From: Promethearchaeota archaeon
Lineage (GTDB): Archaea; Asgardarchaeota; Lokiarchaeia; Sigyniarchaeales; SOKP01
Reading direction: 5' to 3'
Length of the DNA stretch: 64,000 nucleotides
NCBI GenBank assembly: GCA_019058295.1
Contig: JAHPZI010000002.1
Coordinates: forward strand, 64,001-128,000
Shown here: piece by piece, positions 53,998 to 63,902 of the stretch
Position numbering within the stretch: position 1 is the stretch's first letter
Layout of the letters: the number at the start of each line of letters is the position of its first letter
Made by a program: the position numbers and the translations under genes
Notes under the pieces: model-generated
Told to the model about the DNA's origin: nothing
Database searches by the model: none
Seen by the model: the letters and a program-made list of their open reading frames with translations, nothing else

Positions 53998-55638
53998 TTA
54001 TCGCTTGGAATGCTTCTTTTGGTAATAAATTACACCGACGCCTAAGATTCCAAGCAAGATAATAAATAGAATTATGGGATTAAAACTTTCCTCACCGTTA
54101 TCTCCTCCTCCATCATCATCATCCGTGCTTGGAATTTGCCCATATGGTTGAGATACTCCAGAACTGCCAAGCTTAAATCTCCAGAGGTCATTCAACCATC
54201 CAAAATCACCTAAATCGTCATAAGCATGACCTCCGAATAACCATAAATTTCCGTCCGTACCCGTCCAAGAAACTGAAAAATATCTAGCTCCCGGATAATT
54301 CGCCTTATCAGGAACTCCCTTCGTGCCATATACGCCATTTTGATTTGTGGTTTTATTTCCTGACATCCACGCCCACTCCTTTGAGGTGATGTTAAATCTC
54401 CAGAGGTCATTCAGATACCCAGAACCGAATCCGGAATAACCCAAACCTCCAAATAACCATAAATTTCCATCCATATCTGTCCCAGAAACAGGATTATATC
54501 TACCTCCCGGATAATTCGCCACATCAGGAACTCCCTTCGTGCCATATATGCCATTTTGATTTATGGTTTTTTTCCCTGACATCCATGCCCACTCCTTTGA
54601 GGTGATGCTAAATCTCCAGAGGTCATTCAGATATCCAGAACCACCTGATTCGGGATAACCATCTCCTCCGAATAACCATAAATTTTCATCCATATCTGTC
54701 CAAGAAACAGAACCCTTTCGACCTCCTGGATAATTCGCACTATCAGGAGCTTCCTTCGTGCCGTATACGCCATTTTCATCTGTGGTTTTATTCCCTGAGA
54801 TCCACGTCCATTTCTTTGAGGTGATGGTAAATCTCCAGAGGTCATTCAGCTGTCCAAAATCACCTGATTCGTTATAACCAAGACCTCCGAATAACCATAA
54901 ATTTTCATCCGTATCTGTCCAAGAAACAGAATCCTCTCGACCTCCTGGATAATTTGCCCTATCTGGAACCTCCTCCGTGCCATATACGCCATTTTGATTT
55001 ATGGTTTTATTCCCTGAGATCCACGTCCATTCCTTTGAGGTGATGCTAAATCTCCAGAGGTCATTAAGATATCCATTAATTAAACCTGATTCGGGAAGAC
55101 CATCTCCTCCAAATAACCATAAATCTCCATAAGTATCCCTCCAAGAAACAGAACCCTTTCGACCTCCCGGATAATTTGCCCTATCAGGAACTCCCTTCGT
55201 GCCATATACGCCATTTTGATTTGTGGTTTTATTCCCTGAGATCCACGTCCATTCCTTTGAGGTGATGGTAAATCTCCAGAGGTCATTCAGATACCCCCAA
55301 CTACCTGATTCGGGAAGACCAATACCTCCGAATAACCATAAATTTCCGTCCGTATCCGTCCAAGAAACAGGTCTATCTCTAGCTCCCGGATAATACGCCA
55401 TATCAGGAACGTCATATACCCCATTTTCATCTATGGTTTTATTCCCTGACATCCACGTCCAACTATAGGTCGCTCCATTACAATATGGTGTGCTTAAGGA
55501 GCCTGTTTTCTTGGACCCTATGACAACATCAGCAGAGAAAGTTATTGAGATAATTGATGTTGTTAATGCCGTGAAGCACAAAACAAGGACAAAATTTAAC
55601 CCTCTCACTTTACTCTGATATGTATTTAAGTTAGACAT
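53998..55638 (-). CDS. Membrane-anchored kelch-like beta-propeller protein
   Basis: Six YPG.R...SW.D..GNLWLFGG..YLNDLWRF repeats; N-terminal signal; C-terminal acidic linker, TM and basic tail. Confidence 0.9.
   Translation of the reverse strand: MSNLNTYQSKVRGLNFVLVLCFTALTTSIISITFSADVVIGSKKTGSLSTPYCNGATYSWTWMSGNKTIDENGVYDVPDMAYYPGARDRPVSWTDTDGNLWLFGGIGLPESGSWGYLNDLWRFTITSKEWTWISGNKTTNQNGVYGTKGVPDRANYPGGRKGSVSWRDTYGDLWLFGGDGLPESGLINGYLNDLWRFSITSKEWTWISGNKTINQNGVYGTEEVPDRANYPGGREDSVSWTDTDENLWLFGGLGYNESGDFGQLNDLWRFTITSKKWTWISGNKTTDENGVYGTKEAPDSANYPGGRKGSVSWTDMDENLWLFGGDGYPESGGSGYLNDLWRFSITSKEWAWMSGKKTINQNGIYGTKGVPDVANYPGGRYNPVSGTDMDGNLWLFGGLGYSGFGSGYLNDLWRFNITSKEWAWMSGNKTTNQNGVYGTKGVPDKANYPGARYFSVSWTGTDGNLWLFGGHAYDDLGDFGWLNDLWRFKLGSSGVSQPYGQIPSTDDDDGGGDNGEESFNPIILFIILLGILGVGVIYYQKKHSKR
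54175..55462. repeat. Intragenic tandem repeat, six units of 216-222 bp
   Basis: AAATCTCCAGAGGTCATT recurs at 54175, 54394, 54610, 54829, 55048, 55270. Confidence 0.92.
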
Positions 55639-55896
55639 TATTTTTCTGTTTCTGAATTATTATCTAGATTTTATTATTATTATTAAATTTTTAAGTATGA
55701 TCAATAAAGAATAGATCTCGTTTTTAGTTTTCTTTTACGCTCGGAATGATGAGGATGGGGTATTCAAGGTAGTATGATATTCTAATAGAAATAAAAAAAT
55801 TTTAAATGTTGAGACACAGCAAACCAATTCCTATCGACACAGAAATATGAGTATCCTCTTTCAAATATTTATTTTGAATAATAAAATTAGCTTTCT

Positions 55897-56907
55897 TTAT
55901 GGTTCTACAATAATTTTTATCTCTTTAGTATCGGGTTTTATAGCTTCTTGAAAACCTTCTTCCACTATATCATCTAAAGAAATAATTTTTGTAACAATTG
56001 GTTCAGGATCAATAAGCTTTTTAGCAACTAATTCTACAGCATACTCAAAATCTTTTTGATGATATGCATAGACACACTGAATTTTATTATGGTTCATAAT
56101 AAAAGGAAGATAACTTATTTCAAAGGGAGTATCAGAAACACCCACTTGAACTACCGTTCCTCCCTTGCGTACTAAGCTAGAAGTTGCATTTATCGCGGCA
56201 GGTCTTCCCGTGCATTCAAAAACAAAGTCAGCACCGCGCCGTTCTGTCGCACCTTTCACCTTCCCTATAATAGTTTTGTTTAGAGCAACATCTGGATTAA
56301 ATTTCTTCGCAACTTCAAGCCGATGTTTATTTTTCTCTATAACGATTAGTTTTCGCGCTCCAGATATCTTTAAGATCTGCATTAAGAATTGTCCAATTGT
56401 TCCCAAACCTAATACAACCGCGGATTCCCCAGTTATAAAGGGTCCTTCTCTAACAGCTAACAAACCTGTAGCTATTTGGTCATAAACTGTACCGTGCTTA
56501 TCCGGAATTGTGTCAGGGAGGGGAACAAGACTTGATGCTGGGACGGAGGCATATTCAGTGAAGCCACCATTTTTAAATAGTCCAAACCCTTCAAATTCGG
56601 CCTCACATATATTCGTGTAACCTTTCAGACACCAATAACATTTTCCACATGGCATTACAGGATTAATAACTACTCGATCTCCAACTTTCCATTTTTTTAC
56701 ATTAGGACCGAACTCTTCAATTACACCACAGGCTTCATGTCCCATCACTACAGGTACGGGATATAATCCTGTTTTATAACCTTCGAGGTCTGACCCGCAA
56801 ATTCCGGCATATTTTATTTTAACTAAAACTTCATCAGCTTTAGGAATGGGTTTTGGAATATCAACAATTCGAATTGTTTCTTTTCCTTCATATAATGCTG
56901 CTTTCAT
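55897..56907 (-). CDS. Zinc-dependent alcohol/polyol dehydrogenase (MDR family)
   Basis: GICGSD, GHE, CGKCYWC..C, GLGTIG; ATG at 56907 after GAGGT. Confidence 0.92.
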   Translation of the reverse strand: MKAALYEGKETIRIVDIPKPIPKADEVLVKIKYAGICGSDLEGYKTGLYPVPVVMGHEACGVIEEFGPNVKKWKVGDRVVINPVMPCGKCYWCLKGYTNICEAEFEGFGLFKNGGFTEYASVPASSLVPLPDTIPDKHGTVYDQIATGLLAVREGPFITGESAVVLGLGTIGQFLMQILKISGARKLIVIEKNKHRLEVAKKFNPDVALNKTIIGKVKGATERRGADFVFECTGRPAAINATSSLVRKGGTVVQVGVSDTPFEISYLPFIMNHNKIQCVYAYHQKDFEYAVELVAKKLIDPEPIVTKIISLDDIVEEGFQEAIKPDTKEIKIIVEP

Positions 56908-56933
56908 TTTTTCTCTTACCTCATGAAGATAAT

Positions 56934-58724
56934 TTATTTTTTGACTGTTACTAATTCGATAACTTCTTCTTTTTTCTTTACTTCGCGTTTCCAACTTCCC
57001 GGATTATAAGCTTCTTTTGCCAAGTAATCCATTACAGTATTTACTTTAGGATTCACTCGTACATCTATAATCGCAGGAAGGCCAGAATCAAAAGCTCGTT
57101 TTAGAGCTGGGCGAATTTCGTTTGGATCTATTACCAATTCTCCGTAACAATTAAAAGCTTCGGCATATTTATCATATCTCGTTTCATCGCTTAAAGATGA
57201 ACCTAAGCCAAAATATTTTCTTCCATGAGCTATTCGTTGACTTCTAGCGACCATTCCCCATAATCTATCATTACTTATAACAACTACAAATGGAAGATCA
57301 TGCCTGCGAGCCGTATCAATTTCCTTTCCATTGAATAAAAATGACCCGTCACCAGTTAAGACTAGTACTTTCCTATCAGGATAAACATATTTTGTAGCAA
57401 TAGCTATTGGAACGCCGCCACCGAGATGTTGAATACCAAAACTTCCAGAAAAAAATAATGACTTTGGAAAATAGGGTTTTAAGCCAGTAAGTCCCCAAAT
57501 TGTAGTATCTCCCCCATCAAGAATGATAAATCCATCTTCGGGCATGAATTCACTGATTTCTTTTACCAAACGCTGAGGATGGATGGGAACCTTATCGTTA
57601 GATCCGTCTCTTTCAACTCGCTCGTAAAACTTTTTTACTTCGGCTTGCACGGTTTTAACCCAAAGGATTTCAGGTCTTGGGGTACTAATTTTTGATTTTG
57701 TTATATTAATCATTTGAGTTAGAACCCCTTTTACATCTCCAACAATCGGTACATCGATAGCTCGATTTCTTCCAATCTCTTCGGCTTTTATATCTACTTG
57801 TATAATTTTCGCATTGTCATTGAAACATGGCATATAACCATAATTCATCATTTCTGTAATTCTTGCTCCTAATATAAGGATTACATCAGCTTTTTGAAGC
57901 AATGATGTTCCAGGACCATCTAAAGGACTTGCCAAACCAAAGTAGAGGGGATGATCAGGAGGAATACAGCCAAGCCCATAACCCCACATTCCTACAGGAA
58001 TTTGTGCTAATTCTGCAAATTCCACAATTTCCTTGGAAGCTCCTGAAAAGTTGGTTCCTGTACCTGCCATGATTAAAGGACTCTTGGCATTTAATAGAAG
58101 ATCTAAAGCTTTTGTTACCATTTCTTCATTTCCATATGGACCGTTGAAAGCGCGAAGAGTTTTAACGGGTTTGAATGCTTGTTGTATTATATCTAATTCG
58201 TCGTCACATTCTTTTACCATCACATCGAAAGGTACAAGCAAAAGTACTGGTCCAGGACGTCCAGTTGAAGCTATTCTAAATGCCATGTTGATATAATCTG
58301 GTAATCGAGCCGTTTCATAGCAGTACCCCGCCCATTTTGTTACTGGTCTGAAGCTCGGAATTACGTCTATCTCATTTGCAGCTAACTTTTCAAAATCCAT
58401 CATTGGTGTCGAACTACATAGAGCAACTAAAGGGATGCTTGCGTCCCATGCTATAGGAATTGAAGGGAATAAATCCGTAATTCCAGGACCAGATTGGACT
58501 GAACAAACACCAACTTTACCCGTAGCTAAATAGTAGCCCATAGCAGCATGCCCCGTTGCTTGTTCATGACGGAAATCAATCAAATCAATGCCCATTTCAG
58601 TACACTCTTTATCATGGCAGTAATTATAGATATAATCGTTATCTCCACATAGAGTCCAAATAACTTTTACTCCTTGATTGCTTAAAGCGCGAACAATTAG
58701 TTGGGCACCGTTTACATTAACCAT
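56934..58724 (-). CDS. ThDP-dependent enzyme (acetolactate synthase/2-hydroxyacyl-CoA lyase-like)
   Basis: RHEQ, GRPGPV, GDGSF..N ThDP motif. Confidence 0.9.
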   Translation of the reverse strand: MVNVNGAQLIVRALSNQGVKVIWTLCGDNDYIYNYCHDKECTEMGIDLIDFRHEQATGHAAMGYYLATGKVGVCSVQSGPGITDLFPSIPIAWDASIPLVALCSSTPMMDFEKLAANEIDVIPSFRPVTKWAGYCYETARLPDYINMAFRIASTGRPGPVLLLVPFDVMVKECDDELDIIQQAFKPVKTLRAFNGPYGNEEMVTKALDLLLNAKSPLIMAGTGTNFSGASKEIVEFAELAQIPVGMWGYGLGCIPPDHPLYFGLASPLDGPGTSLLQKADVILILGARITEMMNYGYMPCFNDNAKIIQVDIKAEEIGRNRAIDVPIVGDVKGVLTQMINITKSKISTPRPEILWVKTVQAEVKKFYERVERDGSNDKVPIHPQRLVKEISEFMPEDGFIILDGGDTTIWGLTGLKPYFPKSLFFSGSFGIQHLGGGVPIAIATKYVYPDRKVLVLTGDGSFLFNGKEIDTARRHDLPFVVVISNDRLWGMVARSQRIAHGRKYFGLGSSLSDETRYDKYAEAFNCYGELVIDPNEIRPALKRAFDSGLPAIIDVRVNPKVNTVMDYLAKEAYNPGSWKREVKKKEEVIELVTVKK

Positions 58725-58885
58725 TTAATTTTACCTCCAAACATTATTGAATTAATTAATTAATTAATTATTGATTCTTTAATATTTAAAGGTTGAATTT
58801 GCCTTGAAATAATAGTTTAATGATGATTTTAAGACAAATTCTAAATAAAATTTTAATAAAAAAAAATAAATTATAAAGAGAACTA

Positions 58886-60484
58886 CTAAGGCTGGAATCC
58901 TGTTTTTGAAGCGTTACTTGCTTTAATGATTCTGTCAACCCTTAAAACTAACTTTGCTAATTCGCTTCCAGATTTTAATATATAATTTACCAATGCTGCT
59001 GGCTCCACTATACCTTTTTCAAAATTATTTCCGATTGTATTTGTAATGGTGTCAATTCCTATCCATTTATCAGCATCAGTTTTATGAGCAGCTCTTAATT
59101 CGGTCAATCTTTCAATTTCATCTAATCCAGCATTATTAATTAAGGTTTTAGGGATTTCTTCAAGTGCAAGAGCATATGCTGTGACTGCGATTTGTTCTTT
59201 ACCACCAATTTTATTAGCGTAATCTTTTATTTTTTTGGCAAGTTCGATATATATTGCTCCACCGCCAGCGACTACCATTTGTGTATCAATAATTTTAGCA
59301 ATTACAGATAAAACATCATTTAAAGTGATTTCAGCAGAATTTAAAATCTTTTCAAGCCCTCCTTTAAGTAAAATCGACACAGATTTAGGGTTTTTACATC
59401 CGGTAAAGAAAGTATATTCATTATCCTCAATTTTTTCAAATTTCACTGTTTCTGCGTAGCCTAAATCATCTTCAGTTAAAGAAGTCAAATCATCAATTTG
59501 TTTTGCTCCAACGGCTTTTAAAACCGCCTTTATATCGCTATCACCTAAATTCTTTATCGCAGCAATGTTTTCCCTGGCTAAATAGGCGCCAAACTTATCG
59601 GAAATGTCTTTATTGTTTACAATCATATTTATTCCCAAGTCTTTAAAGATTTTCAAGTAATCTTGAAGTATTTTTTCTTCTTGATTCTTGAACCCTTGAA
59701 TATCCTCAGGTCTAAAGATTTGGATTTGAGCGTCAAACTCTGTTTTTACGACGTCCAATTTCTTTCGAATAACAGCAATTTTCACATTTTTCAATGCATT
59801 GGGCATAGCAGGATTAACTTTTTCCTTTTGAATGTAAACACCGTTAATTAATTCAGAATCCTTAAGAGATTTTCCGGCAGCTTTAACAATTTTTATATTT
59901 CCAACTTTAGCAAATGTATTTTCTTCACCAGCTATTTTCTTAACTGCCTTTAAAGCTAAGTCCGCAAAAAATTCTTTTAATGGAGCAATATCCTTCGCGT
60001 TCATAGCTGTCATAGCAGCATTTTTAAGATTTTTATCGTCATCTTTAGAAATTTTCATGGCTATTTCATTTACTAACTCAATTGCTTTATCTGTAGCGAT
60101 TTTATAGCCAGTTATGATATGTTTAGGATGTATTGATTGTTCAATTAAATCTAAAGCATTTTTTAAAAGAGCTGAGGTAAAAATTACGGCAGACGTAGTT
60201 CCATCTCCAATATCCGTGTCAATTGCTTTAGCTACATTTACCATCATGATTGCAGCAACATTTTCAATATCTAATGCTTTAAGAATTTCTGCACCATCGT
60301 TTGTAATAGTCGTATCACCTAACGTATCAACGAGCATCTTACTCATTCCTTTTGGTCCTAAAGTTGACTTAATTGTTTCTGTGATTGCAAGCATAGCATT
60401 AATATTTTGTTCTCGAGCTTGTTTTTCTTGAGTTTCTTCTGTACCTTCCTTAAGTATGATTATGGGTACTCCTCCAAACGACAT
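58886..60484 (-). CDS. ths: Thermosome (group II chaperonin) subunit
   Basis: TLGPKGM, TNDG, GDGTTS, GGGA. Confidence 0.96.
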   Translation of the reverse strand: MSFGGVPIIILKEGTEETQEKQAREQNINAMLAITETIKSTLGPKGMSKMLVDTLGDTTITNDGAEILKALDIENVAAIMMVNVAKAIDTDIGDGTTSAVIFTSALLKNALDLIEQSIHPKHIITGYKIATDKAIELVNEIAMKISKDDDKNLKNAAMTAMNAKDIAPLKEFFADLALKAVKKIAGEENTFAKVGNIKIVKAAGKSLKDSELINGVYIQKEKVNPAMPNALKNVKIAVIRKKLDVVKTEFDAQIQIFRPEDIQGFKNQEEKILQDYLKIFKDLGINMIVNNKDISDKFGAYLARENIAAIKNLGDSDIKAVLKAVGAKQIDDLTSLTEDDLGYAETVKFEKIEDNEYTFFTGCKNPKSVSILLKGGLEKILNSAEITLNDVLSVIAKIIDTQMVVAGGGAIYIELAKKIKDYANKIGGKEQIAVTAYALALEEIPKTLINNAGLDEIERLTELRAAHKTDADKWIGIDTITNTIGNNFEKGIVEPAALVNYILKSGSELAKLVLRVDRIIKASNASKTGFQP

Positions 60485-60521
60485 TTGAGATCATATCCTT
60501 AATTTTCTTATTTTTCTAATT

Positions 60522-60551
60522 GTTTTCTTAGTTTATATAAACTAAGAAAAC
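60522..60551. promoter_or_regulatory. Perfect 30-bp palindrome centred on TATA-like box upstream of thermosome
   Basis: GTTTTCTTAGTTTATATAAACTAAGAAAAC. Confidence 0.65.
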
Positions 60552-60640
60552 TTAAAAAAGTTTATGACTTGGAGATCATTAAAAAATAATTATTTAATCA
60601 ATAAATTAGGAAATAATTTGTAATTTATAATTTGAAAATA

Positions 60641-61096
60641 TTAGATTTCAACATAAGAAGAGTTCTTATATTCTTTAAGAACCATATTCGAAACCGTACG
60701 AGTAACAAAATCTTTTTCGTTTAATTCTCTTACAAAATTATGAACATCTTCAGATTCCCTAAATCTACATATTAGAGCTGCTGATTGTTCCCCTGTCGTG
60801 TGAAAAACCGAGCAAACTTCGGGTTTTTTTCCAATTTCGTTAAGAATTTCTTCAGTATGTTTTCCATCAACATGAATCCGAATTAAGAAAGTTAATTTAT
60901 AACCCAATTTAGTATTATTAAGTTTCAGCGTGTAACCTTCTATTATACTCTTTTCTTTAAGTTTTGAGATTCTATTGTGAATGGTGCCTATGGAGATGCC
61001 GAGCTGATCCTGAATTTCTCTGTAAGACTTGCGTGCGTCTTCTTGCAATATTCTTAAGATCTCTTTGTCAATACCGTCAAGTTGTTCTTTTTTCAT
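60641..61096 (-). CDS. Lrp/AsnC regulator
   Basis: LDGIDKEILRILQEDARKSY..ISIGTIHNRI; ATG at 61096. Confidence 0.92.
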   Translation of the reverse strand: MKKEQLDGIDKEILRILQEDARKSYREIQDQLGISIGTIHNRISKLKEKSIIEGYTLKLNNTKLGYKLTFLIRIHVDGKHTEEILNEIGKKPEVCSVFHTTGEQSAALICRFRESEDVHNFVRELNEKDFVTRTVSNMVLKEYKNSSYVEI

Positions 61097-61316
61097 TAGA
61101 ATCAAATATAATTTATTTTGAAAAATATTTAAATTTTTTTCACAATACAACCAATTTGTTTATTTAATTTAACACTATGAAATTTCAATATTTAAAGAAT
61201 ATATCTATATTTCATTAAAAAAGCGTTATAATAAGGAATCTAAATAATTTTTAATTTAAAATTGGAAAATCTGATTTTTTTAAATAAATTCAAGTTTTAA
61301 CAAAAAAATTATTTTT

Positions 61317-61751
61317 TTATTGCTTTTTATAAACTTCTTCAGGATTAAACACTTTTTTTCCAATTATTTTGATCTTTCCATCCACAAATTCGTTGTAGAA
61401 ACATGTATCATAGCCTTTATGACAAGCAGCCCCAATTTGTTTTACTTTAAATAATAAAGAATCTGAGTCGCAATCTGATATGATCTGCTGAATTTCCTGA
61501 ACGTGTCCACTGGTTTCTCCTTTTTTCCATAATTCACTACGAGATCTCGAATAATAATGAGCGTATCCTGTCTCCAAAGATTTTCTTACTGCGTCTTCGT
61601 TTGCGAAAGCTAACATTAAAATCTCATTTGTTTGACTGTCTTGTGTTATTATTGGTACTAAACGACCTTCGATTTTAGAAAAGTCTAAAATCTCAATGAA
61701 CTTATCTATTTCTTCTTTGGAAAATTGCTTCATAAATATTAAATTACTCAA
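61317..61751 (-). CDS. hisI: Phosphoribosyl-AMP cyclohydrolase
   Basis: YSRSR.ELW.KGETSG, DCDSD, ACH..CF. Confidence 0.96.
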   Translation of the reverse strand: MSNLIFMKQFSKEEIDKFIEILDFSKIEGRLVPIITQDSQTNEILMLAFANEDAVRKSLETGYAHYYSRSRSELWKKGETSGHVQEIQQIISDCDSDSLLFKVKQIGAACHKGYDTCFYNEFVDGKIKIIGKKVFNPEEVYKKQ

Positions 61752-61806
61752 TTACCAAAAAATTTTTCTATTTTAAATAATTAAATGGATAAAAATACTC
61801 TATAGA

Positions 61807-62931
61807 TTGAAAAAGATGAATGATAAACAACCTAATATTGATCCTTGGGGATCTGAATTAGTAGGGGAAAAGGATTATCAAAGAATAATAGATGAATTTG
61901 GTATCGAACTAGTGGAGGATCTTGATATTCCTGCAAGTTTTTTCGAGGATAATCTATTTTTTCGGCGAAAATTGATAATTGGACATAGAGGATTTGAAAC
62001 TATTCTCAAAGCTATTAGAATGCAAAAGCCATGGGCAATAATGAGTGGTATAAAACCATCAGGAAAATTTCATCTTGGAACATTAATGACAGCTAAAGAA
62101 ATGGTGGAATTACAAAACCAAGGAGGATTTGTTTATTATTCTATTGCGGATATTGAAAGTTATGTTGATCATGGTATGACATATGAAACTGCTTTAGAAA
62201 TTGCTCAAGATAATATAGCAGATATAATTGCTTTAGGATTAGATGTTAATAGAGCATACATTTGGCTTCAAAGTAAAGAAAATTTAGTTAAAGAAATGGT
62301 CTTTGAGGCTGGTCGTTATGTTACCCTAGCTATGATGAAAGCTATTTATGGAGAAAGGAGATTTGGGCTTTATAATTGCGCGCTTGTGCAAGTCGGAGAT
62401 ATTTTATTACCTCAATTAAAGGAAGAAGTAATGCCAACTGTAGTTCCAGTAGGTTTGGATCAAGATCCTCATTTACGTCTAGTGAGAGATCTTTCAAAGT
62501 ATTTTAAGAAAGATGGAGTAGATTTAATAAAACCAGCATCTACTTATCATAAATTGTTACCTTCATTAACCGATATAACTAAAAAAATGTCTAAAAGTAT
62601 TTCTGGTAGCTCTTTTTACTTCGATCAGCCTGAAGAAGAGATTTCTAAAATAATCTTACAAACATATACTGGTGGTCGTCGTAATAAAAAAGAACAACAA
62701 GAACTTGGAGGAGAACCAGATAAATGTATGATCTACCAAATTCTCAAAATATATTTTGAACCTGATGATGCAAAATTAGGAGAAGTGTTCCAAAAATGTA
62801 TTAACGGTGAGCTCATGTGTGGAGATCATAAAAGAGAATGTGCTGAAAAAGTGTTAGATTATGTTAAAAACCATATTAAGAAGAAAGAGCGAGCAATTGA
62901 TATAGCCCGACAACTTTTAAATTCTGATTGA
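61807..62931 (+). CDS. trpS: Tryptophanyl-tRNA synthetase (archaeal type)
   Basis: IDPW, PSG.FHLG, PVGLDQDPH, KMSKS, CGDHK. Confidence 0.95.
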   Translation: MKKMNDKQPNIDPWGSELVGEKDYQRIIDEFGIELVEDLDIPASFFEDNLFFRRKLIIGHRGFETILKAIRMQKPWAIMSGIKPSGKFHLGTLMTAKEMVELQNQGGFVYYSIADIESYVDHGMTYETALEIAQDNIADIIALGLDVNRAYIWLQSKENLVKEMVFEAGRYVTLAMMKAIYGERRFGLYNCALVQVGDILLPQLKEEVMPTVVPVGLDQDPHLRLVRDLSKYFKKDGVDLIKPASTYHKLLPSLTDITKKMSKSISGSSFYFDQPEEEISKIILQTYTGGRRNKKEQQELGGEPDKCMIYQILKIYFEPDDAKLGEVFQKCINGELMCGDHKRECAEKVLDYVKNHIKKKERAIDIARQLLNSD

Positions 62932-62963
62932 TGATAGTTTAGTTATCATCAATAACAACTATA

Positions 62964-63902
62964 TTAATCAAATAATGATTTAAGAATATTTAATATATCA
63001 TCAATCAAATCGGGAAATTTCTCCAGGAGTTTCTCTTTTTTCCCCTCTTCTATAATAGCTGAAATGTAATAATTATATTTATTAAATTTTATTCTATGCA
63101 AATATGAAAGAAAGTTATCCTCGATAGAAATGAAATTTTGACCAACATCCTCAGCAGAAATGTTATTTTCCTCTTCTAACATTCTTTTCAGTAAGAATAA
63201 ATGGTCCTTAATATTTTCTAAGAGGCTTATATAATAACTTGGATCTAACTCGCTATAAAATTCACTAATTATAATTCCATTTTCATCAAAAATTATGAGC
63301 GAAGTCGCGCCTAACTCCTCTAAATAATCTTCTAAAAGGGTTGACAATTCAAAAAATGCTTCATCAAAAACAGAAAGACCGTAAGAAACCAATTGAACTA
63401 TTGATAATATATCATAAATTGAAGTCTGTTGGAACAGTATTTTAAAATTAGGGTATTTTTTTGAAATACTTTCTTTTAAATCGTTAATATTGTTAATTAC
63501 GTCGTCATTACCTCTTATTTGCGGATCAAACTTATGAAAGCTTATAATAAGAGGTACATTTTCCATATCATTATCTTGAAAATATTTTAGGATTATTTCA
63601 AGATATTCCAAAGATAAGTCAAATCTATCTATATCTTGAACATCAATTATGAAAACAATTAAATCGGTGCCTGCAAAATAAGTATCTCTATTTTTTTCGT
63701 AGAGTTCTCTGTATTGCTTCTGCCCTCCCATATCCCAGTAATAGACACGGTTGCCCAGGAAGGTTGAAGTATTATATTCGACTCTAACTGTAGGTTTTAA
63801 ATCCATTATTTCTTTTTGGAAATCAAATTTTTTATCTAGAGCGGTCAAAATTGAAGTTTTACCTGCATTATCTAATCCTGAAATCAAAATTTTTATATCC
63901 AC
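62964..63902 (-). CDS. Arf/Rag-like small GTPase with C-terminal roadblock/longin-like domain
   Basis: GLDNAGKT, PT, WDMGGQ, HKFD, TSI; C-terminal LIIFDENGIIISE. Confidence 0.9.
   Translation of the reverse strand: MDIKILISGLDNAGKTSILTALDKKFDFQKEIMDLKPTVRVEYNTSTFLGNRVYYWDMGGQKQYRELYEKNRDTYFAGTDLIVFIIDVQDIDRFDLSLEYLEIILKYFQDNDMENVPLIISFHKFDPQIRGNDDVINNINDLKESISKKYPNFKILFQQTSIYDILSIVQLVSYGLSVFDEAFFELSTLLEDYLEELGATSLIIFDENGIIISEFYSELDPSYYISLLENIKDHLFLLKRMLEEENNISAEDVGQNFISIEDNFLSYLHRIKFNKYNYYISAIIEEGKKEKLLEKFPDLIDDILNILKSLFD

Noticed and set aside
54175-55462. CRISPR array or diversity-generating retroelement
   Set aside because: Units are in-frame coding repeats over 200 bp with no spacers; no cas or reverse transcriptase gene in window
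55741-55862. Possible C/D box sRNA (ATGATGA) or structured RNA
   Set aside because: No matching CTGA D box and only a short GAGGAT/ATCCTC pairing
58750-58771. (ATTA)n run upstream of ThDP enzyme
   Set aside because: Low-complexity tract expected in AT-rich DNA
452-61167. Many short antisense or alternate-frame ORFs in the track
   Set aside because: They overlap well-supported genes and show no motifs; treated as shadow ORFs
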